From an uncultured Gemmatimonadales bacterium (lineage in GTDB: Bacteria; Gemmatimonadota; Gemmatimonadetes; Longimicrobiales; RSA9), in assembly GCA_963816355.1 (NCBI GenBank), contig CAWFKH010000005.1:192001-256000 (forward strand): a stretch of 64,000 bases of DNA, written 5' to 3'. The notes under the pieces are model-generated. The model saw only the letters and a program-made list of their open reading frames with translations, ran no database searches and was not told where the DNA came from. The translations under genes and the position numbers were made by a program. Below, one piece after another: positions 1 through 10,308 of this stretch; position 1 is the stretch's first letter, and every line of letters starts with the position of its first letter.

Positions 1-488
<488 letters not shown>

Positions 489-546
489 GAATTTCGCTGT
501 CTGAAGTGGGACGGAGCCAGCCGTGTCTGTTACCCTTCGACGCGCC

Positions 547-882
547 TCAGGTGCCGTCGCGCGGGCGCGGATCCCGCTCCATCACGAAGCGGATGCGCTC
601 GATGCGGCCCCGGCGGTTCCCCTCGTTCACGCGGCGCAGGATCTCGCGCTCCATCAGCTTCAGCTCCATGAGCCACGCGCTGGAGCGGACCCCGACGACG
701 AGCGTGCCGGCGGCGACGGTGAGCGGCCGCGTGACCCCGGCGATGCGCTCGCCCACGCGCTCCGCCCAGTCCGGCACGGCGGCCGCCTCCTCGACCTTCT
801 CCGCTAGCCCCGTGCGGTCCAGGTAGCGCTGCAGCGCCTCGCCGACCTTCATCGGCTTCTTCTTCGACGGCCCCGCGCTCAA
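547..882 (-). CDS. dciA: DUF721/DciA family helicase loader
   Basis: W-x3-VG-x2-IA...[14 protein letters not shown] pattern; canonical position between recF and gyrB. Start codon uncertain. Confidence 0.85.
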   Translation of the reverse strand: MSAGPSKKKPMKVGEALQRYLDRTGLAEKVEEAAAVPDWAERVGERIAGVTRPLTVAAGTLVVGVRSSAWLMELKLMEREILRRVNEGNRRGRIERIRFVMERDPRPRDGT

Positions 883-898
883 TTCGACGGCTCCGCGC

Positions 899-2047
899 TC
901 ATTCGTGGATCCTGCCCGCTTCGATCCTCAGGCGGGGCAGCGTGCCGTGCCGGACCTCGAGGTCCGACGGTTTCGGCGCCGTGAGGATCACCTGCCCCCG
1001 CTCCTCCTCCTCGAGCAGCTCGAGGATGCGGCGCGAGCGGCCCGGGTCGAGCTCCGCGAAGACGTCGTCGAGGAGCACGATCGGCTCCCCGCCGCGCGCC
1101 TCGCGGACCGTCTCCGCCTCGACCATGCGCAGCGCGAGCGCCGCGGTGCGCTGCTGGCCGCCGGACCCGTAGCCGCGCAGGTCGACCGCCCCCTCGCCCG
1201 CGCCCAGCGAGAAGGCGACGTCGTCGCGGTGCGGGCCGGCGAGCGTCACGCCGCGCTCGCGCTCGCGCGAGGCGGTGCGACGCAGCTCGGCGCGGAACGC
1301 CTCGGCCACGTCGGCCGCATCGCCGGCGCGTTCCGGCGCGAGCGGCACGGCGGGCTCGTAGCGCACGTGCAGCGGCGCGCCCTCGCCGGCGATGCGCGCG
1401 GTGCGGCGCGCGAAGCCCTCCGCGTTGGCGGCGATCCAGGTGGCGCGCTCGGCGACGATGCGCGCGCCGGCGCCGACGAGCGAATCGTCCCACGCGGCGA
1501 GCAGGGTCGGCGAGGCGCCCTCGCGCAGCATCGCATTGCGCTGGCGGAGCACCTGCCGGTAGCGCTGCAGCGCGGCCATGTAGCCTGCCCGATTGAGGGA
1601 CAGGACGATGTCGAGGAAGCGACGCCGCTCGCCCGGGGGCCCCGCGATGATCGCCGCGTCGGAGGGCGAGAAGACGACGGCGCCGACGCGGCCGATCGCG
1701 TCACTCAGACGCTCCGGCTCGACGCCCGCCTCGGTGACCTTCTTCCTGTGGGAGCGCCGCTCGAACGCCGCAGTGACCTCGTGCGGCGTCGCGTCGCCCG
1801 CGCGCTCGAAGCGGCCGCGCACGTGGAACGCGTCCGCACCGAAGCGGACGAGCTGCTCGTCCGCGGCGCCGCGGAAGGAGCGGAAGATCTCGAGATAGTA
1901 GATGCCCTCGAGGAAGTTGGTCTTGCCGGAGCCGTTGTCGCCGACAATGGCGATGCCCTGGGGCGGGAGCCGCAGGTCCAGCGCCGCGAAGTTGCGGAAG
2001 TCGCGGAAGCGGAGCTCGCAGCACGCGAAGGTCGTCGGGACGCTCAT
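899..2047 (-). CDS. recF: DNA replication and repair protein RecF
   Basis: FRNF, Walker A GDNGSGKTN, SFRG, GPPGERRRFLD, GPHRDD, GSGGQQR, LLDDVFAELD. Start trimmed to ATG 2047. Confidence 0.97.
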   Translation of the reverse strand: MSVPTTFACCELRFRDFRNFAALDLRLPPQGIAIVGDNGSGKTNFLEGIYYLEIFRSFRGAADEQLVRFGADAFHVRGRFERAGDATPHEVTAAFERRSHRKKVTEAGVEPERLSDAIGRVGAVVFSPSDAAIIAGPPGERRRFLDIVLSLNRAGYMAALQRYRQVLRQRNAMLREGASPTLLAAWDDSLVGAGARIVAERATWIAANAEGFARRTARIAGEGAPLHVRYEPAVPLAPERAGDAADVAEAFRAELRRTASRERERGVTLAGPHRDDVAFSLGAGEGAVDLRGYGSGGQQRTAALALRMVEAETVREARGGEPIVLLDDVFAELDPGRSRRILELLEEEERGQVILTAPKPSDLEVRHGTLPRLRIEAGRIHE

Positions 2048-2094
2048 CGGCCGGTGAAAAGATACCCCCGCGCCGACCCGCCGGCAAACGCGAG

Positions 2095-2258
2095 CCCCCC
2101 AGACCCCCGTACCCCCCAGACCCCCGTACCCCCCGCAGACCCCCGTACCCCCCGCAGACCCCCGTACCCCCCCCAGACCCCCGTACCCCAAACCCCCCGC
2201 AGACCCCCTCCCCAGACCCCAGACCGATCTCCACCCACCCACCCCTGTCCCAACCCCC
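2095..2258. repeat. C-rich (G-rich on the minus strand) tandem repeat, unit CAGACCCCCGTACCCC(CCG)
   Basis: Five copies of CAGACCCCCGTACCCC; 2174-2225 is the reverse complement of 6773-6824 with one mismatch. Confidence 0.9.
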
Positions 2259-3047
2259 TCACCTTCCCCGGAACTCCGCCTTCCTCTTCCCCAAAAACGC
2301 CGCCATCCCCTCCCTCATGTCCTCGGTCGCCGCCAGCAGCCCGAAGAGATTTGACTCGAGCGTGAGCGCGTCCTCGGTGCCGGTGTCGCCGGCGCGGTCG
2401 ACCGCCTCCAGCGCGAGCGCGACGGCGACGGGGCCGTTGCCGAGGATCTGGCGCACGAGGCCGGCGGCGGCCTCGCGCAAGGCGGCGTGCGGCGTGACGC
2501 CGTTGACGAGGCCGATGCGGTGCGCCTCCGCGGCGTCGATCATCTCGCCGGTGAGGATCATCTCGAGCGCGCGGCCGCGGCCGACGAGGCGCGGCAGCCG
2601 CACCGTTCCGCCGTAGCCGGGGATGATGCCGAGCTTCACTTCGGGCAGCCCCATGCGCGCGTTCTCGCTCGCCAGCCGGAGATGACAGGCGAGGGCCAGC
2701 TCCAGGCCGCCGCCGAGCGCGAAGCCGTTGATCGCCGCGACCACCGGCTTGCCCATGCGCTCGACGAAGCGGAACGCGTCCTGTCCCTTGCGCGACGTCC
2801 GGATGCCGTCGAGCGGCCCCATGCGCGACAGCTCCGCGATGTCGGCGCCCGCGACGAACGCCTTCTCACCGGCGCCGGTGACGACGACGCCGCCGACGTC
2901 GTCATCCGCGGCCAGCGCGCGGAAGGCGTGGTCCAGCTCACCGATCGTGGCGTCGTTGAGCGCGTTCAGCTTCTCGGGTCGCGAGACGATCAGGAAGGCG
3001 ACGTCGCCGTCGCGTTCGATCGACAGGTTCTGGTAGTCGGGAGGCAT
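2259..3047 (-). CDS. Enoyl-CoA hydratase/crotonase family protein
   Basis: RPEKLNALN, KAFVAGADI, NGFALGGGLELALAC, GLPEVKLGIIPGYGGT; ATG 3047 (MPPDYQN). Confidence 0.93.
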   Translation of the reverse strand: MPPDYQNLSIERDGDVAFLIVSRPEKLNALNDATIGELDHAFRALAADDDVGGVVVTGAGEKAFVAGADIAELSRMGPLDGIRTSRKGQDAFRFVERMGKPVVAAINGFALGGGLELALACHLRLASENARMGLPEVKLGIIPGYGGTVRLPRLVGRGRALEMILTGEMIDAAEAHRIGLVNGVTPHAALREAAAGLVRQILGNGPVAVALALEAVDRAGDTGTEDALTLESNLFGLLAATEDMREGMAAFLGKRKAEFRGR

Positions 3048-3118
3048 GGGGCTCGGGATCGGTGCGGGTGATCGTGCCGGAATGCCGCCAAGGTAGGGAG
3101 CGGCGCGGGAGGCGGCAA

Positions 3119-5755
3119 TCAGGCGCCGCCGCGCACGATCCCCTCCACGAGACGGTCCGGGTCGAAGCAGGCGCGGAGCGCGTCGCGCACCTCGTCCCGG
3201 GTGACGGCCTCGATGCGCTCCTCGAGATGGGCGAGGTCGTCGAGCCCGGCGCCCAGGAGGAGCGCGTCGGAGAGCGCGCCGAGGTGGGCGGCGTTGGTCT
3301 GGTTGCGGATCTGCCAGGCGCCGATCGTGTAGCGCTTCGAGCGCTCGAGCTCGTCCGCATCCAGCCCTTCCTCGGCGAGCCGCTCGAAGCCCTCGAGGAG
3401 CGCCCGCCGCACGTCCTCCTCCTTCTCCGGCGAGGTGGCGACGTAGGCGACGAAGGCGCCGCCGAGCCAGCGCGTTACGGGGTAGACGGAGACGCTGTAG
3501 GCGAGGGAGCGGCGCTCGCGCAGCTCGTCGAAGAAGCGGCCGCCGAGGCCGCTCAGCGCGTTGGCGAGCACCTGCAGCGGATAGATGGCGGCGTCGCCGC
3601 GGGCGGCCCCCGGGAAGCCGAGCACGAGCGCGGTCTGCTCGCGCTCCCGGCGCTCGATGCGGCGCACCGGCTCGCCCGGCCAGAGCGGGCGCGCCGGCTC
3701 GGAGCCCGCTTCCGCCGCGGCGATGGCGGCCAGCTCGACCTCCGCGCGCGCGGCGACGTCGTCGGGATCGACGTCGCCGACCACGATCAGCCACGGCGCG
3801 CCGTGCAGCACCTCGCGCCGGTGCCACGCGGCGACTTCGTCGCGGCCGAGCCCGCGCAGCGCGCGCTCGGTGGTGGCGACCGGCACGCCGTACGGATGGC
3901 CGGCGAAGGCGCCCTCGAGGAAGAGCTTGTACGGGTAGTGGTACATGTCGTCGCGCAGGCGCTCGATCTCGCTCAGCGCGACGTCCCGCTCGCGCTCCAG
4001 CTCGCGCGCGGGGAAGGCGGGGTGCAGCGCGACGTCGGCGAGCAGCTCGAAGCCGCGCGCGAAGTGGCGGCTGGGGAGCGACAGCGACCACGTCAGCAGG
4101 TCGGCGGAGACGCCGGGCGCGATCGAGCCGCCGAGCGCCTCCGTCGCCTCCGCGATGTCGTCCGCGCTCCGCGTCGCGGTCCCCTTCAGCGACGCCTGCG
4201 CGAGCAGCGACGTGACGCCGGCCTGGGGCTCGCTCTCGTGGAGCGCACCGCCGCGGTAGCAGAGGCCGATCGCGACGAGCGGCGTCGTGCGCCGCGGGCG
4301 CACCACCACGCGGGCGCCGTTCGCGAGCGTGTACGTGTGCACCGTGCCGCCGGCGAGCGGGACGGCGTGGCCGGTGGCGCGACGTCGCGCGGGCGCGGCC
4401 GGCGGCGCGCCGGGGAGCGCCGGGGCGTGCGGCGGCGCGGGCGCGACGTCGCCGGCCTCGAGCAGCCGGTCGAGCGTCTCGGCGTCGAGGTCGAGCGGCG
4501 CGGCGCGCGGGCGGTAGACGACGACGCTCGCGCGCTCGCGTGCGAGGTAGCGGGCGGCGGCGGCGTGGACGTCGTCCGGCGTCAGGCCGAGGACGCGCTC
4601 CATGTGGCGGTCGGCCAGCCGCCAGTCGCCCAGCGCCTGCCAGCTCGCGAGCAGCATCGCCTGGCCTTCCGCCGTCTCGTGACGCCGCAGGTGGCGCGCC
4701 TCCAGGATGTTCTTCGCGCGCTGCAGCTCGGCGGGCGTCACGCCGCTGCGCAGCACCGCCTCGATCTCGGCGCCGACCGCCGCGAGGCACCCGCGGCTGT
4801 CGGCGGGAGGCAGCTCCGCGCTCACGCCGAAGACACCCACATCGGTCGGCGTGTAGTTGTAGGCGCTCACCGCGCTCGCGTAGCCGCGCTCCCGAACGCC
4901 CCGGTAGAGCCGCGAGGCGCGGCCCTGCCCGAGGATGACGCCGAGCGTGCCGACCGCCGCGGTGTCCGGGTGCGCGGTGCCGGGCGTGCGCCACCCCCAC
5001 TCGATGTACGCCTGGCCAATGTCGCCCTCGATCTCGCGGAAGCGCAGCCCGCTCCGCTCCGGCTCCCGCGGCGGCGCCTGCTTCAGGACCTCGCCGGCCG
5101 GCATGTCGCCGTAGAAGCGCTCGACCTGCGCGAAGGTGCGCTCGGCCTCGACGTCGCCGGCGACCACGAGGATGATGTTGGACGGGCGGTAGAGCGCGCG
5201 GTAGTAGCTCCACACGTCGCCGCGCGTGAGGCGGCGCAGCCCTTCCTCCGTCCCGATCCGCCAGCGCCGCATCGGATGCACGTCGAACATCAGCTCGTAG
5301 AGCGTCTCCGACGCGACCGCCGATGGATTGTCCAGCTTGCGCTTCGCTTCCTGGATGATCACCAGCAGCTCGCGCCGCAGCTCCTCCTCGTCGATCTGCG
5401 AATTGCGCAGCGCGTCCGACTGGATGTCGAGCCCGCGCTCCAGCGAGGATGCCGGCAGCACCGTGTAGTAGGAGGTGTAGTCGTAGATCGTGCCGGCGTT
5501 CAGATAGCCGCCCGCGATCTTCGTCTCACGCGCGATGTCGCCCACGCCCCGCCGCCGCGTCCCCTTGAAGAACATGTGCTCGAGGACGTGGCTGATGCCG
5601 ACGAGCGCGTCCGGCTCGTCGAAGTAGCCCGCCTTGACGTGCGTCACGATGGCGGCGACCGGCGAGGCGTGGTCCTCGCGAACGAGTACGGTCAGGCCGT
5701 TGTCGAGACGGCGCTCGTGCGTCCGCAGACGCGGCTCCGCAGGGCTGGGAGACAT
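3119..5755 (-). CDS. M16 (pitrilysin-like) zinc peptidase, two-module
   Basis: LDNGL, inverted zinc motif HVLEH, LNAGT; second module lacks HxxEH and has LRERRSLAYSV. Confidence 0.93.
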   Translation of the reverse strand: MSPSPAEPRLRTHERRLDNGLTVLVREDHASPVAAIVTHVKAGYFDEPDALVGISHVLEHMFFKGTRRRGVGDIARETKIAGGYLNAGTIYDYTSYYTVLPASSLERGLDIQSDALRNSQIDEEELRRELLVIIQEAKRKLDNPSAVASETLYELMFDVHPMRRWRIGTEEGLRRLTRGDVWSYYRALYRPSNIILVVAGDVEAERTFAQVERFYGDMPAGEVLKQAPPREPERSGLRFREIEGDIGQAYIEWGWRTPGTAHPDTAAVGTLGVILGQGRASRLYRGVRERGYASAVSAYNYTPTDVGVFGVSAELPPADSRGCLAAVGAEIEAVLRSGVTPAELQRAKNILEARHLRRHETAEGQAMLLASWQALGDWRLADRHMERVLGLTPDDVHAAAARYLARERASVVVYRPRAAPLDLDAETLDRLLEAGDVAPAPPHAPALPGAPPAAPARRRATGHAVPLAGGTVHTYTLANGARVVVRPRRTTPLVAIGLCYRGGALHESEPQAGVTSLLAQASLKGTATRSADDIAEATEALGGSIAPGVSADLLTWSLSLPSRHFARGFELLADVALHPAFPARELERERDVALSEIERLRDDMYHYPYKLFLEGAFAGHPYGVPVATTERALRGLGRDEVAAWHRREVLHGAPWLIVVGDVDPDDVAARAEVELAAIAAAEAGSEPARPLWPGEPVRRIERREREQTALVLGFPGAARGDAAIYPLQVLANALSGLGGRFFDELRERRSLAYSVSVYPVTRWLGGAFVAYVATSPEKEEDVRRALLEGFERLAEEGLDADELERSKRYTIGAWQIRNQTNAAHLGALSDALLLGAGLDDLAHLEERIEAVTRDEVRDALRACFDPDRLVEGIVRGGA

Positions 5756-5904
5756 CACACAGGGGTTTCGGGACGCGCTCATCCGGGCCGCGGTCGAGGG
5801 GCAAGCGGCGTGCCGGACCTCGATTGACCGCCACACCCGCGGCTCGCATCCTGCAAGGGGCCGCGACCGGATCCGGTTCCTTCCATCCTCGCACGGGAGC
5901 ACAC

Positions 5905-6765
5905 GTGGAGGTCTACCTCAACGGCGATTTCCGCGCCGCCGCCGAAGCCACCGTCTCGGTCGACGACCGCGGCTTCCTCTTCGCCGACGGTGTCTACGAA
6001 GTCATTCGCGTCCACGGCGGCCGCCCCATCGCCATGGCGGCGCACCTCGCCCGGCTGCGCCGCGGGCTGCGCGAGCTGCGCATCGCATACGACGACGTCG
6101 CCGCCCTCGCCACCGCCGCCGACGCGCTCCTCGACCGCAACCGCCTGCGCGACGGCGACGCCACGATCTACGTCCAGGTGACCCGCGGCGCGGCTCCCCG
6201 CAAGCACGCCTTCCCCGACGCCGTCGAGCCCACCGTCTACGTCGCCGCGCGCACGTTCCGACCCCACCCGGACGACTTCTTCACCTTCGGCGTCGAAGCG
6301 ATCCTCGTCGGCGACGACCGCTGGGCCCGCTGCGACATCAAGTCGACGTCGCTGCTGCCCAACGTGCTCGCCAATCAGCGCGCACACGACGCCGGCGCGT
6401 TCGAAGCGCTCTTCGTGCGCGACAACATCGTCCTCGAAGGCTCGCACTCCAACCTGTGGGCGGTCTTCGACGGTGAGCTCGTGACCTACCCGGCCTGCAA
6501 CTACATCCTCGACGGGATCACGCGCCGTCAGGTGTTCGAGCTCGCGGCCGACCTCGGCATCCCCGCGCGCGAGGGCCTCATCCCGCTCGACCGCCTCTTC
6601 GACGCCGAGGAGCTGTTCCTCTCCGGAACCACCGCCGAAATCCTGCCGGTCACGCGGGTCGACGGCAAGCCGATCGACGACGGCGAGCCGGGGCCGCTCG
6701 GGAGGAAGGTGCTGGAGAGGTACAGGCAGGAGATGGGGCGGGCGACCTGGACGGAAGGTGGATAG
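5905..6765 (+). CDS. dat: Class IV aminotransferase (D-amino-acid aminotransferase-like)
   Basis: VYLNG, DRGFLFADGVYEV, RCDIKSTSLL, EGSHSN, ILDGITR; GTG start preceded by GGGAG. Confidence 0.85.
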   Translation: MEVYLNGDFRAAAEATVSVDDRGFLFADGVYEVIRVHGGRPIAMAAHLARLRRGLRELRIAYDDVAALATAADALLDRNRLRDGDATIYVQVTRGAAPRKHAFPDAVEPTVYVAARTFRPHPDDFFTFGVEAILVGDDRWARCDIKSTSLLPNVLANQRAHDAGAFEALFVRDNIVLEGSHSNLWAVFDGELVTYPACNYILDGITRRQVFELAADLGIPAREGLIPLDRLFDAEELFLSGTTAEILPVTRVDGKPIDDGEPGPLGRKVLERYRQEMGRATWTEGG

Positions 6766-6868
6766 GGAGGTGGGTCTGGGGTCTGCGGAGGGGGTCTGCG
6801 GGGGGTTTGGGGTACGGGGGTCTGCGGGGGGTTTGGGGTACGGGGGTCTGCGGGGGTCGGGGGGAGGG
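6766..6868. repeat. G-rich repeat GGGGTACGGGGGTCTG(CGGGGGG), inverted relative to 2095-2258
   Basis: Direct sequence comparison; many runs of 4-6 G. Confidence 0.9.
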
Positions 6869-7012
6869 CGTGCGGGCCCGTATGGCTATGGCGGCGCCCA
6901 CCGTCGGGGGCGACCTTGCCGCGACGACCGAGGAGCGGTAGCCTTGGCCCTGGCGGCGGCCGGCGCGGCGTCGCTCCCTCTCGACACGGCACCCGCGACA
7001 CGGAAGACGGCG

Positions 7013-7501
7013 ATGGCTCGCTCGCTCAACAAGGTCATGCTCATCGGCAACGTCGGCGCGGAGCCCGAGATCCGCTCGACCGGATCGGGCACCAAGATCG
7101 CCAAGGTATCGCTCGCCACGAACCGCAGCTTCTCCGACCGCAGCGGCCAGACCCAGGAGAAGACCGAGTGGCACCGCCTCACCTTCTTCGATCGCCTCGC
7201 CGACCTCGTCGAGCAGTACATCCACAAGGGCGACCGGCTCTACGTCGAGGGCCGCATCGAGTACTCGCAGACCGAGGACGACAAGGGACAGCCGCGCTAC
7301 TGGACCGACATCGTCGTGCGCGAGATGGTGATGCTCGGCTCGGGCGCCGGCTCCGGCGGCGAAGGCGGAAGCGGTGGGGGAGGCGGCAACTGGCAGGGCC
7401 GCTCCGCGCAGCCCCAGCGGGGCGGCAGCCGCACCGGCGGCGACGCGCCCGCCTCGGCCGACTCGCCCTTCTCCGACGAGGACGACGACCTGCCCTTCTG
7501 A
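7013..7501 (+). CDS. ssb: Single-stranded DNA-binding protein
   Basis: MARSLNKVMLIGN, EKTEWH, KGDRLYVEGRI, Gly-rich linker, acidic C-terminal DDDLPF. Confidence 0.97.
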   Translation: MARSLNKVMLIGNVGAEPEIRSTGSGTKIAKVSLATNRSFSDRSGQTQEKTEWHRLTFFDRLADLVEQYIHKGDRLYVEGRIEYSQTEDDKGQPRYWTDIVVREMVMLGSGAGSGGEGGSGGGGGNWQGRSAQPQRGGSRTGGDAPASADSPFSDEDDDLPF

Positions 7502-7528
7502 GCGGCGCCGCCGGCGCCGCCGGCAGGG

Positions 7529-7786
7529 TCAGGGCAACGCCCGCCTGGCGCTCGCCGCTCGCCGGTCCGCCGGCAGCTCGAAGTGGTCGGTGACCTCCAG
7601 CTCGGCGGGCGCGAATTCGTGCGTCTCTCCCGTCACGTCGAGCGCCACGACGCAGCGGTTCGGCCGGTACTCGCTGGCCGCCACCACGATGCCGGTCCGG
7701 CCCACCAGCGAGGGATCGATCGGATAGCCGGCGCGCCGCACCTTCACGCGCGTTCCACTGGGGACCCCCGGGATCGGTACGGCCAT
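7529..7786 (-). CDS. Small hypothetical protein, possible SH3/KOW-like beta fold
   Basis: AAGGAG RBS before ATG 7786; GTRVKV...GRTGIVV...HEFAPAELEV pattern. Confidence 0.6.
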   Translation of the reverse strand: MAVPIPGVPSGTRVKVRRAGYPIDPSLVGRTGIVVAASEYRPNRCVVALDVTGETHEFAPAELEVTDHFELPADRRAASARRALP

Positions 7787-8021
7787 GTCCAAGACTCCTT
7801 CGCGATTTCGGCTATGAGCCCGCGCGCACGTCGCGACCCGACGCCGCGGCCCCTCGCCCCTCGGAGACCCGCGGGCGCCCGCGCGCCGGCAAAGGCGCGA
7901 TTGCACGGAGAAACGTAGGGAGGACGCGAGGGACGGCGCAACGGCTCGCGGCCCTTGCCCCACGCCTCGCCTCGCCTATATTCGCCGCCGAAGAGAATCC
8001 CCGTTCCGCAGAGGAAGAACG

Positions 8022-8264
8022 ATGGCTCGCACGTCCCGCAACGAGCGCACGCTCGCCGCCTGGATCGGCGGCATCCTGGTCGGCGTGCTCTGGATCGCGA
8101 TGGCCGTGACCTGCCTCGTCAGCGGACTGCGCGGCTACGCCAACGACCGCGGCGACTGGGGCCTCGCGTGGACCCTCATCGGGACCCTGCTCCTCGTCGC
8201 CGGAAGCGCCGCCATCGTCGGCACCTGGTGGCACCAGCGCCACGTGCTCCGCGACGAACACTGA
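8022..8264 (+). CDS. Small membrane protein with two TM helices
   Basis: GAGGA RBS; two hydrophobic segments. Confidence 0.7.
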   Translation: MARTSRNERTLAAWIGGILVGVLWIAMAVTCLVSGLRGYANDRGDWGLAWTLIGTLLLVAGSAAIVGTWWHQRHVLRDEH

Positions 8265-8334
8265 GGGGCCCGCGACCGGCCCGCGGGCTCGAGGCCCTCC
8301 CACGCGTCGGCTCTCCGCCAGTGCACCACCCGCC

Positions 8335-8700
8335 TCACCTCGCCGAACTCTTCCAGAAACCCAGCAGCTCCGCCTCGTAGCGCGCCGGCTCCCGCCGGTA
8401 CCCACGCTCCCACTCCTCGAAAGGCGGCAGCTCCAGCCGCCGCGACAGCGCCTCCGTCACGCGCTCCACCAGGTCCCGATACGAAAGGGCCGGCCCCGGG
8501 CGATTCCCGGCGCCGGCATCTCGCGACGCATCCGATTCCGCCGATTCCGACCCGCCGCCCGACCCCACGCCCTCTTCCTCGGCGTGCGCCAGACGATAGA
8601 TCTCCTCAGGCGTCAACTGGAGAAAGTGATCCGCAATCCGCGCGGAACACCAGTCCAGATACTTCGCTCGGAGCACTTCCTCGGGCTGTTGCGCGTCCAT
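8335..8700 (-). CDS. Hypothetical protein (LPPFExW domain)
   Basis: Protein-like composition; shares a domain with 9573-10307. Confidence 0.75.
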   Translation of the reverse strand: MDAQQPEEVLRAKYLDWCSARIADHFLQLTPEEIYRLAHAEEEGVGSGGGSESAESDASRDAGAGNRPGPALSYRDLVERVTEALSRRLELPPFEEWERGYRREPARYEAELLGFWKSSAR

Positions 8701-8866
8701 CGCCTCTGCGAGACCGGGTTCCGGGGAGAGCCACCGTCGCCGCCGCTCCCCGCGCCGGCACGGCCTCCGCCCGCCCCGATCCGGATCGGCTCCGGATCAC
8801 CACTCCCTCGCCGCGCTCCCACCTCCCCGCCGCCGCACACCAGCCTACCTGCACCCCCCCGCCCCG

Positions 8867-9076
8867 TCAAGCATGCCGCTTCTGCGCCGCCACCTCCCCG
8901 CTCCGCGACAACTGCCGATAGATCGCCCGACGCGTCAGGCCATACACCAGAATCCGACTCAACGCTTCAGGATCCCGTTCCTGAACCTCCCTCACCTCGT
9001 CCGCCAGCTCGCGGGGTAGCCGGACCTGCAGATCGATGGCACAGCTGTCCACGGAGCGATCCACTTCGATCATCAT
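8867..9076 (-). CDS. Small protein, possible ribbon-helix-helix fold
   Basis: IDLQVRLPRELADEVREVQ...ALSRILVYGL has a beta-strand/helix/helix pattern. Confidence 0.55.
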   Translation of the reverse strand: MMIEVDRSVDSCAIDLQVRLPRELADEVREVQERDPEALSRILVYGLTRRAIYRQLSRSGEVAAQKRHA

Positions 9077-9084
9077 CGGCTTTT

Positions 9085-9105
9085 TGTGGATAATTGTGTG
9101 GAAAC
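9085..9105 (-). promoter_or_regulatory. Tandem DnaA boxes (candidate oriC or DnaA-regulated promoter)
   Basis: TGTGGATAA at 9085-9093 (reverse complement is the perfect box TTATCCACA) and TGTGGAAAC at 9097-9105, same orientation, 3 bp apart; degenerate CTGTCCACG at 9045. Confidence 0.6.
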
Positions 9106-9572
9106 AGGAAACCGTGCGCGGGCCGGGCCCGGGGGCGCCCTCGCGCGACTGCAGCTTCGACGGACATGCCAAAGTAGGGGAGGTGTCGCTCACGCGTCAA
9201 GGGCCACGTTTAAGCGTGCCGCCTGCAACGACTTAGCCTCATCTCATTATGCTGCAACGAGTTACGGCGAACCTCCGGGAGCGTGCTAGGGAACGGATTT
9301 TGGGGCAATGCGGGATCCGGGGGAGGAGGAGGCCGAGAAGCGGAAGGCGGCATTGTGGCAGGGGTTTACGGGACCGTGACATGAGAGAACGGGCCATGTC
9401 GGCGCGTTGAAAACATATGTATTTTGGCGAGGATGCGATGCGCAGCCGGGATCGCCGTGGCCGCCCCGACGGGCGCCGGCGGAGCGCCCGGCTTGACGCT
9501 CGGGGAGCGCGGGCGATAGCCTTGGGACGGCGGCCGCGCTCGCGGCCGCGCCCGCCGATTGCGATTGTCGAA

Positions 9573-10307
9573 ATGGTGCGCAGGATCGACCCCGATCAAC
9601 GACTGCTGGAATTCGAGCCCACGGAGTTGGAGGAGGAGCTGCCGCCCGGGGGCCGGTGCCGCTCGTTCTCGTTTCTGGAGCGAGCGGGCGAGCGTTGGAC
9701 GGTGTTTCTGGTGACGTTTCCGTCGCGGCTCGAGGACTGGCGTGGTTATTTCGCGTTTCGGCCGGCGAGCGCGGGAGCGGCGGCGGCGGTGATCCGGACG
9801 GCGGACCTGTTCGTGGAGGAGACGGAGGCGGAGGTCGGCGCGCGGGCGCGGAGTCTGGGGCGGCCGCTGATCGTGGCGCTTCTGGAGTCGGCGCTTCTGA
9901 CGTACGAGCGGCGGCGCGGCTTCTCGGAGGATGCGCGTCGCTGGTTCCGGCAGTTGCTGTCACGGCACTCGGCGTCGCTGGTGTCGGACCTCGGGCGCGG
10001 GGAGGTGGAGCCGTCGCTGTCGGATCTACGCTCGATGTACGACTCGTACCGGATCGACGAGGTGGCGCACCTGATCTCGCTGATGGCGCCGGAGGATTTC
10101 GCGGGGCTGGTGGGGCGGGTGCTGGAGGGGCGGGCGATCGATTTCGGAGCGCGGGACCGGCTGCAGCTCGCGATGCTGGTGGTGCAGGAGATCGAGGGGA
10201 AGCTGCCGCTGCCGCCTTTCGAGGTGTGGGTGGAGGACTATTTGGCGCATCAGGAGGAGTACCACCGCTACACGTACGCGCTGCATCGCGGCCGGGAGCT
10301 GCCGTAA
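9573..10307 (+). CDS. Hypothetical protein with C-terminal LPPFExW domain
   Basis: Protein-like ORF; C-terminal half resembles 8335-8700. Start uncertain. Confidence 0.75.
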   Translation: MVRRIDPDQRLLEFEPTELEEELPPGGRCRSFSFLERAGERWTVFLVTFPSRLEDWRGYFAFRPASAGAAAAVIRTADLFVEETEAEVGARARSLGRPLIVALLESALLTYERRRGFSEDARRWFRQLLSRHSASLVSDLGRGEVEPSLSDLRSMYDSYRIDEVAHLISLMAPEDFAGLVGRVLEGRAIDFGARDRLQLAMLVVQEIEGKLPLPPFEVWVEDYLAHQEEYHRYTYALHRGRELP

Positions 10308-10308
10308 C

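Noticed and set aside
2259..5827. 984-aa (-) and 921-aa (+) ORFs
   Set aside because: GC-rich shadow frames of the M16 peptidase gene; only the last 262 aa of the first ORF (crotonase) are real.
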